DNA of 64,000 bases. Origin: Tubiluchus corallicola (taxonomy: Eukaryota; Animalia; Priapulida). Positions 33,301 to 62,595 of this stretch are shown one piece after another. Where the stretch lies: the NCBI GenBank assembly GCA_030141605.1, contig JAQGDQ010000583.1:71937-135936 (forward strand). Reading direction: 5' to 3'. Each line of letters opens with the position of its first letter. Positions within the stretch are counted from its first letter, which is position 1. Below the pieces are notes generated by a model. It saw only the letters and a list, made by a program, of their open reading frames with translations. It searched no databases and was not told the origin of the DNA. A program made the position numbers and the translations under genes.

Positions 33301-35223
33301 GGTTTTGGTTGGCTTCTAAAAATTTGGTTAAAATTCTTTAGATGAACTCCTGCACGATTGACATTTTTTATTTACAATGTATCCAAGTAGTCTGCCTATT
33401 GTAAAATACTAAAACTAATGGATTACAATATGAAACTCGGTAAACTTGATGAACATAATTCTTTTAACTACCATTTTTATCTGCGAAATTTATATCTGTG
33501 CCACATATATGTTATATCCTGCTTTCATAGTTTATACTTTTTTGTAAATGTTTTAACGTGTTTTAATAAAGATTACGATTAAATTAAATTAAAAATAAAA
33601 TAAACTATTTTGCACGACATTGCTTTAGTTTTGTTTCAACGATAGTTACCCCATTCGTTTTCCCATTTATATTTATTTGTTTTAGGCCAGTTATTTGACT
33701 CGAGTTTAGACTAAGCTTATTATTACGTAAATTTCATTTAGATTTTTATTTCGTGCATGATTTAGACATGTCATGATTCTGTGTAATTTGCACAGTCTTA
33801 CACTTTCTTATAAATTTACCTGCACTTTTGAAGGAAGACCGGACGATTGTTTAGACTCAAACTCATTTTAATTTACTCTTCAAAACATACTTTGCCTATA
33901 AAAGTTAGCAATTGTTTCTTATATTTGAATAATTATCTTAGAAAGTTAATTAACGGTTACCGAGTACAGCTATTGCTTACGTCAGAAACTAACCACACTT
34001 TGTGCAATTGCAGGCATCTCCCTTGCGCCTCAAGCACGCCTGCTAAGTGTTATTGCTTAAACGCGAGATGTCACGAAATTGGGCTCTGCGTCACATGACG
34101 TCAGAAACTAACACTGCAGTTCATGATCATGGTTATCATGATACCGTCTTCTATTTATCGGCCACGCGAACGTGAGGAAAAAGGCGCCGCTGCCAATCTT
34201 AGTAGATTCACTGAGCCGCGCGTAGCTTTGAAAGTTTAACAAAATTTAACTATCCGAGGTAATTATTATTTAATCTAAGCTTGTAGCTTTCAATATTTTA
34301 GAGCATTCTTTATTCTGAACTAATGTCTACACAATTCGGTTTTCCTTTAAACAAGTTTGAGGCGGCTCAGCTTAATACCAAAAATATTGTATCTATGTTT
34401 ATGTAGCTTACAGTGTGATACTTTTTGGAAAAAATGAGTGAGTATAAAATGAAAAAGAAACCAAGTAAGTCCATAACATTTTATTAATTGCTCAATGTTT
34501 AGTCAGTTCATAGTAAATTTTTAATAATTCATTTCTGTGATTCATCATTGTAGCAGCCATGATTACTCCAGCAGCACAGCTCGGGCTGTTATGGATGATG
34601 AAAGATACGGAGGCAGGGGAAGACATGGAGGTGCACTTCAGGTTAGTACTGAAACGATGCTCTCATAATAACATGACGAAACAAAAATGTTAATTGTATC
34701 CGAGAAGAAAATAGCTACACAATCCGCAAATTATATGTACAAGGTACGAAGCACATGGTTCTTTGTTTTCATCGTCAAATTATGTCTGTAAATGCCATAA
34801 ATTAATAAAAGAAATTTATTGTCATTTGAGCTACAGGCTCAACATTACACAGAAAGTTAATACAATTGGTGTTTACCTGCTGCGAGAATGGGCATAGGTA
34901 ACGCTGTTGGCCTGTGTGTTATAAAGATGAGAATTCGGACCTGCTGTGTCATACTGAGCCTGTAGCTCAAATGTCGTGTTGCAACAGAGCATGGGAGTTC
35001 TAATCCCAAGGTCTCGAGTTCGTGTCTCGACTGGTTCACAATGTTTCAGCGCCCTCATTCTTTTTTGTTATAGTTTTAATGTGAAATAAACCGCAATGAT
35101 TTGCGAGTTACGTGATTGTGTTACTCTCTCTTTTCTGTTGAAGTATAGGTAAACGAAGACGAACCTTATCAGACAAAGTCAGTAAGGGAGTTACACAATA
35201 AGTTCTCCGGTCGAGGAAACTAG
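21306..35223 (+). CDS. Zasp-motif (ZM) protein, Zasp66/PDLIM-related, about 354 aa; no PDZ or LIM domain detected
   Basis: Phase-consistent exons 21306-21349 (least certain), 21554-21839, 26008-26217, 27179-27346, 29034-29164, 32621-32683, 34554-34641 and 35149-35223 (TAG). Exon 29034 encodes IVHAQYNSPMNLYSADNVAETI, the canonical ZM motif. IMAQPFRTRQLITPTVK..TGSYLR resembles the QPYRT..SYLR block I recall from Drosophila Zasp66. Confidence 0.85.
22427..22657. repeat. (TATGTC)n hexanucleotide microsatellite
   Basis: Long, nearly perfect TATGTC array. Confidence 0.97.
22721..23180. mobile_element. piggyBac-like MITE
   Basis: TTAA|CCCTTTCAGTCCC ... GGGTATGAAACGG|TTAA: TTAA TSD with CC-type termini and imperfect TIRs. 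Confidence 0.7.
23720..23775 (-). mobile_element. 5S rRNA-derived (SINE3-like) fragment
   Basis: Reverse strand GAAATTAAGCAATGCTGAGCCTGGTCAGTAAATGGGT resembles the 5S internal control region. Confidence 0.5.
24481..25230 (-). mobile_element. LINE 3' remnant with Cys/His C-terminal motif
   Basis: HYLKVETDRW..RQRLCNCGEMQTEKHVLMDC is typical of CR1/L2-group ORF2 ends; a homologous copy lies at 40760-41195. Confidence 0.7.
26376..26838. mobile_element. Foldback / long inverted-repeat MITE
   Basis: Arms of about 200 bp; 26440-26468 is the exact reverse complement of 26751-26779 (29 bp), with further matching blocks on both sides. Confidence 0.8.
29222..29908. mobile_element. hAT-like MITE (CATAGGCG terminus); related end at about 37202-37295
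   Basis: CATAGGCGTAC..GGGGGCAGAAG..TTTGCCC start and a TTTGCCCGACCC..CATATG end; the 5' part is repeated near 37202. Confidence 0.5.
30341..31040. repeat. 81-bp minisatellite, about 8.5 copies
   Basis: Unit CTAGTGATCCTGGGTCTGGTCTGGCCCTGTAGGAAACGCAATGAGTTTACGTTAGCTCCAGTGTTGAAGAACTATAGGTTC starts at 30417, 30498, 30579, 30660, 30741, 30822, 30903 and 30984; no unique spacers. Confidence 0.97.
31072..31490 (-). mobile_element. hAT-like MITE family C, truncated inverted copy
   Basis: Begins CAGTGGCGGCTCGTAG and matches the reverse complement of 52950-53513. Confidence 0.7.
32790..33095 (-). mobile_element. 5S rRNA-derived SINE (SINE3-like)
   Basis: Reverse strand AAGCTAAGCAGCAATTACCCTGATTAGTTAATGGATGGGTGACC aligns by eye to 5S AAGCTAAGCAGGGTCGGGCCTGGTTAGTACTTGGATGGGAGACC, followed by a GC-richer body. 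The left boundary is approximate. Confidence 0.6.
34956..35038 (+). tRNA. tRNA-like element (TCT anticodon, expanded D-loop); probably a pseudogene or SINE head
   Basis: Acceptor GAGCCTG/CTGGTTC (6 of 7 pairs), D-stem GCTC/GAGC with an 18-nt loop, anticodon stem TGGGA/TCCCA with loop GTTCTAA, T-stem TCGAG/CTCGA with loop TTCGTGT; T-run terminator at about 35061-35067. Confidence 0.55.
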
Positions 35224-36194
35224 AAAGGAACCGACATAGTGTTGAGAGAATCTGATGCAGCTGCTGCCTTGCTTAGTGATCGTTATGGGTTTAAACTGCT
35301 TTGTGGGCACCGTTGCCTTTAAAAAGCTAATACTAATCTGAAACTATATGTAGTATAAATGGCGCTATGTTTAACAAATAGGTGATCTGAGCTATAATTA
35401 TAAACTACTGCAACAGTAAAACGTAACCAAAAAATACTAAAGCAGCCTCAGGATAGTTGCCAATGGTAATTTGATTAAAAGAAAGACGATTGGTAGTTTA
35501 GTTTTTAACCCTCTGAGTTTTTTAATAACTCCATTTTCACTCTGAAGTAAACGTAACAATTTTTATCTTTATGCATTAATTTTTTTTTAATTTTGACAAT
35601 AGACAATAGTTTTTTGTGTATATATTATTTCGTTTTATATCTAAACGCAAGTTAGGTACGAAAATATCTAATAATTTAATATAATATTGGAAGTGAAATT
35701 AATGTAGGTCATAGTAATTTGTAGAAATTGGGGAATTGTTTCGATAGTATTTCGTTAGAAGGTGTGATATCTCTTAGAAGTCATTAACTTTCAATAGTGT
35801 AACTTAATCTTTTATAATAAATAGATTACTACATGTCTTAAAATAGGTTTGAAGAATTGAAATCATGGGTACACAGTTAATGTTTTAGTATAGAGACTAT
35901 GACGTAAAATAGGTTAATTTTTATATAATTAAATTTGCGTGTTGGTTTTGAAGACGATTAATATTATCTCGCACTGGAAGTCGCATATTAAATTATTAAA
36001 ACTTTTGTGGTACTAACTTGTTGTAGTCGTTGACGCTTTGAAACTTACGTTGTGGACTTTTTTGTGTCAATTATCAGCAATTGTACGTATTGCCTATCGA
36101 TTAGAATAAATAACTTTGTTACAACATTTGATGAAAAAAATAAAAATAAAAATTGCAACAACACTAATAGTTTTTGTTAATTTATTATTCCTTT

Positions 36195-36420
36195 TCCTTT
36201 AACATTTCCTTTTTTTCCCTGATTTACGTTGTGATGATATGACGTCATGTAATGGCTCTATCGGCACAGTGTCGCGGGAGATTTGAAATGAAAACAAACG
36301 AAAAAATCCTTTCAAAGCGAGTACGATATACGTAAAAAATTGCTAGAAAGTAATATACATTTGAAGGGGATTTTTCAGAAATCCACTTCAGTTACCCCAT
36401 TTTGCGGCCTGCAATATCTT
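36195..36420 (-). mobile_element. MITE family B (Kolobok-like), partial copy upstream of ECT2L
   Basis: TGACGTCATGTAAT..GCGGGAGATTT.AAATGAAAACAAAC..CTTCAG.TACCCC matches 60850-61045. Confidence 0.7.
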
Positions 36421-36908
36421 TTGCCAAGTGTTACAAGCAATTATCACTATATCACGCTACACAGTGATTTCATTGCCTTAATCCTGGCTTTGGTTAACAA
36501 AGCAGGGGCAATGCCATATGCGTTAATAATCTTAATTAATTAAACGCTCATAAATTATTACAACTTTCCTTTACGCGCGCGTCATATGTGAAGCAGTCTG
36601 CACCAGACTGAATCAACCGATAATTGGTTTTATTTTTCAAAACTGGATATGCGCCTCAAAAATTGAATTACATAGTAAAATACCCGATGACTTGAATCAG
36701 GATGGTATGGCAATTTCAAAATTCCAAAAGGGGCGTTGTCACACATGAGAAAATGGTGCTCATTCTGACCACTTTGCTATCATGGCGCTGCCATCTATGC
36801 CATTTGGTTTCCCTGCTATCAGTGCAAGATGGAATATGATTCAAGTTTCACTCACTGATTAATGGTCACAAGAAACATTCAGCCTCGCTACGCATAGTTT
36901 CTCCTAAG

Positions 36909-55819
<18,911 letters not shown>

Positions 55820-56992
55820 TAATGACAAGATAGCATTGAAGGGAAGCTGAAGAGAATTTGAAGATATAATCAAGCCAACTTTGTTTACTTTGAGAACTTG
55901 TTTTTGGTTGACAGTTTTAAGTTTAGGGCTTTGGCCGCAAGTCTACTTCTAGAATGAAGAAAATGGGCTAAAAAATTTACTGTAGAAACGTGGAGTCAGT
56001 GATTAAAATGTATAAAACTCATAATAGTCAAACAGTCGTATATAAAGTACAGAATGTCATTTAATGTAAAGTTAATTCCTAGTCATCAATTGCTCAATAT
56101 ATATACAATAAAGCTTTCTCTCTTTCTAATTTATTCTTGTGAACAAGACAGATAGTAAAAAAGTCATATACCTCAAATGAATTGTATTGATGAGTCAAAT
56201 TAAATCGTATAAATTAAACGCACAGTGGTTGACCCCGGTCCAGACGTCACACATCAAAAAGTAAGCTCTGGTTTTAGTATCTTATAGTAATTCAAATTAA
56301 AGGCTTCAATTACTCAAATTGAATAGTGTACTTTGACCCGAATTGTGTGACGGCCTCGGCTACGTGTTGCCGATCAAAAAGTTAGAAGTTCCGAATTCAC
56401 AGAACGAAACGCAATTCCTACGTAATCCAGCACGGAGAATTCAACGAAGGCAAGACAGCAAACATAATGCTAAAACTAACGTAAAATGAAGCTAGTCGAT
56501 ATAATCCACGATGTCTCGCACTTCAAGTCGCCTCTTGGGTGGGTATGTTGGATGGGTATGCCTCTACTTTTGGTGGTTTTGTTGCCACGTCCTGGAAGAA
56601 GACATTTACATGAAGAAGACAGTCTTCACTTTGCTTAATGCCATATATACACTACTATATAGAAGACTCTGGGATCTGGAAAAGTCATTCATGCCCAAAC
56701 ATTTATTTAGGTGATTGCTAAAGGTCTCAATTCGGTAGCTACGTACTAGCTGCTTCTATTAAACGATTCCGTGGCGGTGTGAGGGTCTTAAAAGCTTAAA
56801 AACTTCTTCCTGTACAAAAAATCTTATTTATTCACATAATTCACTTCACTCTCTCGTTTCTCAACGATCAAATTGAAAATCTTCTATGCCGTCTGTAAAT
56901 CAAGATCATTGTATTGTTACAGCAGCAGCTTGTCTTATACGATTGGTTCACGTTTGTTCTTGGCGTACTGACACATTCACATAGATAGTAGA

Positions 56993-59900
56993 TTAAACTT
57001 GTCCGGGTTCGTAGCTTGTTGAAGCTACACGTGCTTTCCTCATCACAACGACGTCGTCACCCATTTTGATGTCAACTTTTACAGCTGCAAAGAAAAAGTA
57101 AAACTGTTAACTTTACTCACTAAATGTGCATTCTTTGTAACCGAAGGAAATTTTTTTTAACATTTTACATTTTAGTTTGAACTAGTTGACAATGTTCCTG
57201 GCGTAGTCAGAAACTGGAGATTTGCCAAACAAATAATTGCGCAATTAGGCACTGAGATGACGTCAGCTTTTCGTTTGAATGGCGCAGTTTCGATTTTACT
57301 GAATTCGCGTCGCTTAATTATCTAGAAACTTCACTTCACAGGAAATCGCAACTTATAACTTTTTAACCCGTGACCCGCGGGGAAAAGACCAACCAATCTT
57401 CTGCCAACATGCCATTCAATTCACCTTACTGAGGCTTTCACTTGACCAGGTCAGAGGTCATCACAGTGCTGCCTTTCCCCCGCCCAGTTCTACCCACCCA
57501 GTGAGTTTTATGATCCTAGCTTACAAGTTCAACGAGCTATTAAGACAAATAAATTTATGGAAAACAAAAAGAGAAAGAAAGAAAGAAAGAAAGAAAAAAT
57601 GAAAGATTGAATGAGTGGGTGGGCGAGGAAGTAAATGAATGAATGAATGAGTGAGTGAATGAACGGAAAAAGAGAGAATGAAAGAATGAATGAATGGATG
57701 ATTGAATAAATGAATAAGTGAATGGGTGGGTGAGGAAGTGAATTAATGAATGAATGAGTGAATGAATTAATGAATGAATTAATGAATGAATGTGTGAATG
57801 AGTGAATGAGTGAGTGAATGAATGAATGAATGAATAAATGAATGAATGAATGAATGAATGAATGAATGAATGGATGGATGGATGAATGAATGAATGAATG
57901 AATGAATGAATGAATGAATGAATGAATGAATGAATGAATGAATGAATGAATGAATGAATGAATGAATAGATGAATGAATGAATGAATGAATGAATGAATG
58001 AATGAATGAATGAATGAACTGCAAATGAAATAAATCAAACGAAGGAACAATAAACAAACTAGTAAACAATTGATCAAACGGATCAATGAATGCACGAATA
58101 TGAAAATTAGAAAAAATGAATACTTATGCAGAGAGAAGGATGAGCCAACGAACAAAAGAATAAACTTCAACGCTGCATCTATTAAAAACTTCACTCACGT
58201 GTATCGTCTTCATTAATTGATTCAATACTTGAACTCGTTGCTTGCTTGGTATAGGACCTATATCTTCCTTCATTTATCACACCGCCTGACTTTACCATTC
58301 TAATAAAAATGAAAAACATGAATGTGAACAAATATCAGCAAGTGTCAGTCTGCAAGAATTAACTGTGTATCTGTTGTCAATCAACATTAATTTGAAAACG
58401 TCTGATAACTTTCACTTGGAATTTCAAAATTATTTTTCAAAATATCACTAAAATTTCTTGACAGGACAACAAACTTTGAGAGCAGTATTGATATCAACGC
58501 AAACCTCGATTTTTTTCTTCTGCTGCAACATCCCCTAAATTAAAAAAAAAAGTCAAATGCAGTTGCAAAGTTATCAGCGTTTTGCAATGAAATATAAAAA
58601 AAACAAGATCATTATTTTGCTATTGCTGAATTCTCCATGTTCGATTACCTAGGAAATCCATTTTATTGCAACCCATTTTAAAAGTTTTGCCTATATCGCC
58701 TGACCCGGCCACGCCCATTTTCCCCAAAACGCTTAATGCACATTTACATCCACCCACTTATCCACACGTGCATAGACATTGACTCTTAGTCCAGTACTGT
58801 AAGATGAGTGGAGAGACAAAGCTGTTTACCCGAATTTTCACATTTTGGCTCCTAACTCGTAATTTTCCTAGACTCCAATTTCCGAAAAATAGCTAATAGT
58901 TGATAGTTAATGCACATTTACCCCGCAGGACCTAAATACCTGTGGAAACAATTTGGATTTAACTCAAAGCCCTAGTTACAAAGTTGAGTGACAAACTGAT
59001 TAATGTCCAGCGTCCTTGACCCTTTGAACCTAGGCCACCGATCACCTTCTTTACCTGAACCTCTGAAGTGTCAGAGCTATGGGACTGGACCAGCCTTGCC
59101 AGCAGCCGCCATCTACTGACTGATCAGGCTCGCTATTGCTTAACTTCGCTATAACGACATATCGTGATCGCTCAAGTATTCCACTCGTCCAAAAAATCAA
59201 TCTTCTTAACGGCCTGTTCGCCCGATTGCTCCAATACCCTTAATCTAAATTTAGCAGGACAAACACTGTAACAATTTGGGCGTTGGACTGGTCACTATTT
59301 TTTACCATTGTGCTAGCCTCTTCAAAGTTTACATTTGGAAAAATTGCTTTGATCTGTCATTGAACCCCAACATGTTATTCTGCGTTGCAAGAAGCGTGTG
59401 AAGTCTACAAAATACACGTCCAACAAAACTGCAATGGGCTCGGTTTTATTTTTATAATTCTACTTTAAATAAAATTTTCATTAAAAGAATTATTTACCAT
59501 TCTATGCAGCTGAAAATGATGAGCAGTGTAAGCAAAACTGCCAAGATGCTCAACAGACATGCCACCGGAACGACCCAATCTGCAAAACAAACGATTCAAC
59601 TTTCAAAACTATTTTTGTACATTCCCAAGGTACCAAATTCGAGATGTCTGTGTTAAGAGGTTTTATACTTAAAATCTATCGTGAAATGCTCACTTCCAAA
59701 AATATGTGTTTGAATGTATGGCATAAATAATATCGAGTATCACTTTCACATTTGAATCCAATCTGGGGAGAAGGGTGCAAATATTAACTCTTTCTTGACC
59801 CTGATATTTTTACTAAGTTACCTGGAAATGAAAAGCATCTGATGAAATCCAATCCTGTAGTATCGAAGTCCAGTTTAATCCAGTTTAGCGCAACCAAACC

Positions 59901-61424
59901 TAATTAATCCTGTCCAGTTCAGTCCAATTGTGTCCAGTCCAGTCCAGAGCAGTCGAGTTCAATCAAGCACAGTCCAGTACAGTATAGTCCAGTCCAGTCT
60001 CCTGCATTCCAGTCCGTTCCGTACCAGTCCAGTCAAGCCCAGTCTTATACAATATAATTTCAAAAATAATCTACGTGTTAAGAAAAATCACTGCTTAAGT
60101 TATGTAGCAGACAAACAGAATTTGTGAAAATTATCATGCAGCAACTGAATCAAATTTGAATTTGGAATTTACTTTTTTATCTTACCTTTTTCGCCATTTC
60201 GAATAGAAAGTGTTACGCTTTCCACATAGTTGTTCACTTCGCTACCCGGGCTATCAGTGTCAACATTATCGTTTTTTCCTGTAAGTTACATAAATTAACA
60301 ATACATACAAATTCATCTTATAATGATACGCTTAATAACTTAAAACATAAGAAAACCCTACCATTTACTCCTATTTCTATCCACTTACATAAAGCTAAAA
60401 AATTCGTCTTGAAATTTCATACCACTTACATATTGCCTTTTTGCATGTAGGGCATGCGTTGGCAGAAACGCTGTATAAAACATCTAAATTAATCTAAATT
60501 TAAGCTCCCCGCGACGACCGTTAGACGCAGCCATTTTGACGGTTGGTCGTTTGAAACAAGTTTAGATAACATTGCGCGAAGTTAGAAAAGATAATCAGAG
60601 CATTCGTAGCGCACACGTCACTAACTAAGAAAAATTTTTAATTACTGTATCTTGTCAATAAGGTTAAACATACGTTTTGGTTAGTGAGTGGTGCATCCTG
60701 GAGAGTGAGTCAACGACATTTTACCAATTGGTGAAAATATGTTAAATAATTAATAATTTTCTTTTCTAGTTACCTAAGTCTATCTAGCAGGTAAGCGAAA
60801 ATCTAAGTAACACAGATTTGCACGGAAAGCCTTTTGAGATATAATTTAGCATTGCCCTTTCTTCCCTTGATTTACGTTTGGCACATGACGTCATGTAATG
60901 ACGACATCGGAACAGTATTGCGGGAGATTTAAAATGAAAACAAACTAAAATTCCTTTCAGTGCGAGTATGATACACGCATAAGATTGCTATAAAGTAATA
61001 TAATTTTAAGGCGATTTTTGAAACCTACTTCAGGTACCCCTTTTCTTGTCCTTTAATAATAATGACTGTGATATAGTTTAATGAGAATTGGTTTTCACAT
61101 ACCTGAACCGGATGACTTTGCTTGCTTCGACGACGTCGTAGTCGCTCTCAATTTTGGAGTCGTTTTCCCAGAAACATGAGTTACAATTCCACCGTCAGTA
61201 CTGTTGTTATCCAGGTTATCACCAGTTGTTGTCGTATTTTCGTCAGAAATTGTACTATTGTTTTCAAAAGTTGGTACAAGAGTTTCGCTGCCCGGTTCCA
61301 CAACTGTTTCGATAACAACCTCGATTTTTGGTGTAGTTTCTCTGTCGTCTTCTGCACAGCACAAGGAAGCATGCCGTAGGAGAATGCAAATCATCAAGGT
61401 AGTTACTAATGTTGGCACAAACAT
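56993..61424 (-). CDS. Uncharacterised single-pass type I membrane protein, 239 aa, with a Ser/Thr-rich ectodomain
   Basis: Phase-consistent exons: 61424-61103 (signal peptide MFVPTLVTTLMICILLRHASLCCA plus Thr-rich region with NxS/T sequons), 60278-60186, 59579-59498 (TM WVVPVACLLSILAVLLTLLIIFSCI), 58534-58505 (GCCSRRKKSR), 58299-58199 and 57084-56993 (..STSYEPGQV*). Confidence 0.8.
57570..58020. repeat. (TGAA)n tetranucleotide microsatellite with degenerate flank
   Basis: GAAT array; source of the spurious FIHS ORFs. Confidence 0.95.
59095..59155 (-). mobile_element. 5S rRNA-derived fragment
   Basis: Reverse strand GCGAAGTTAAGCAATAGCGAGCCTGATCAGTCAGTAGATGG resembles the 5S internal control region. 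Confidence 0.5.
59866..60045. repeat. Degenerate (CCAGT)n pentanucleotide repeat
   Basis: AGTCC units and variants. Confidence 0.8.
60344..61052 (-). mobile_element. MITE family B (Kolobok-like), inverted copy in the intron after the first coding exon of the membrane-protein gene
   Basis: Flanked by TTAA at 60340-60343 and 61053-61056; reverse complement of 61922-62595. Confidence 0.8.
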
Positions 61425-61921
61425 GATATTCACAATGATGAAACTTATTAGTAAAACTGATTTAAATAATTCGCTTGCTTAGAAATTAACACCTTGAATT
61501 ATTGATTTGCAAATGTTTATTACTTAATATCGGTGCCTACCTTCAACTCTACAACAAATATAATATAATGGTGTTTGCAGGAAAGTTTTGCTATTAGGAT
61601 CGGGGTTTCCTTCAATCAGTTTACTGGAAATTGGTTTGGACGGTAGTGTTTGTAAAATACAGGAAATGAGACAGTAGGCAAACTCTTGGAGACCGGAAAT
61701 GTGGACTTGTGAGGTACGATATATATAAATAGATATTTATATATATAAACAAATATATATAAAATGGATATAAAGAGAAGCATATATGATGAAGAATATG
61801 CATGGGTGTACAATGTACAAGGATGAATTAGTTCTACTAGTTCTGAAAGGGATTTGAGTAACAAAAAGGCAAACAATTGCTCAAATATATTTTAAAACTC
61901 GCGTGCACTTAAATTGCTTAA

Positions 61922-62595
61922 AGGACAAGAAAAGGGGTATCTGAAGTAGGTTTCAGAAAAATCGCCTTAAAAATTGCTACTTTATAAAAATGTTATGCAT
62001 TTATCGCACTCGCGTTGAAAAGATTTTTTGTTTGTTTTCATTTTAAATCTCCCGAAATACTGTCCCGACCCCGCCATTACATGACGTCATATACGCATAA
62101 CGTAAATCATGGGAAGCAAAGGAATGTTATACTATGTCCCCAAAATCTTTCCATGCAAAGTTATATTACTTAGCATTTCGCTTACCTGCTTGATAGACTT
62201 ACGTAACTAGAAAAGAAAATCATTAATTGAAAATGTTTTCACCAATTGACAAAGTGTGGCTGACTCAACTCTAGGGTGCGCCACTCACTAACCAAAAACG
62301 TATTTTCAGTCTTATTGTCAAGATGCAGTAATTTATAATTTTACGTAGTTAGTGGTTTGTGCGCTACGAATACTCCGATTATTTTTTTCAAACTTCACGC
62401 AATGTTATGTAAGCTTGTTTCAAATGACTTGTCGTCAAAATGGCTGCATTTAACGGCCACCGCCGGAGATTTTACAGATTTTATACAGCGTTACTGCCGA
62501 CGTAAGTCATGTGTGAAAAAAGGCAGTATGTAAGTGGCATAAAAATTTCAAGACGAACTTTTAAGGTTTAAATAAGTCGATGGGTTTCTTGAGCT
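61922..62595 (+). mobile_element. MITE family B (Kolobok-like), full copy
   Basis: TTAA|AGGACAAGAAAAGGGG ... CTTGAGCT|TTAA. Confidence 0.8.
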
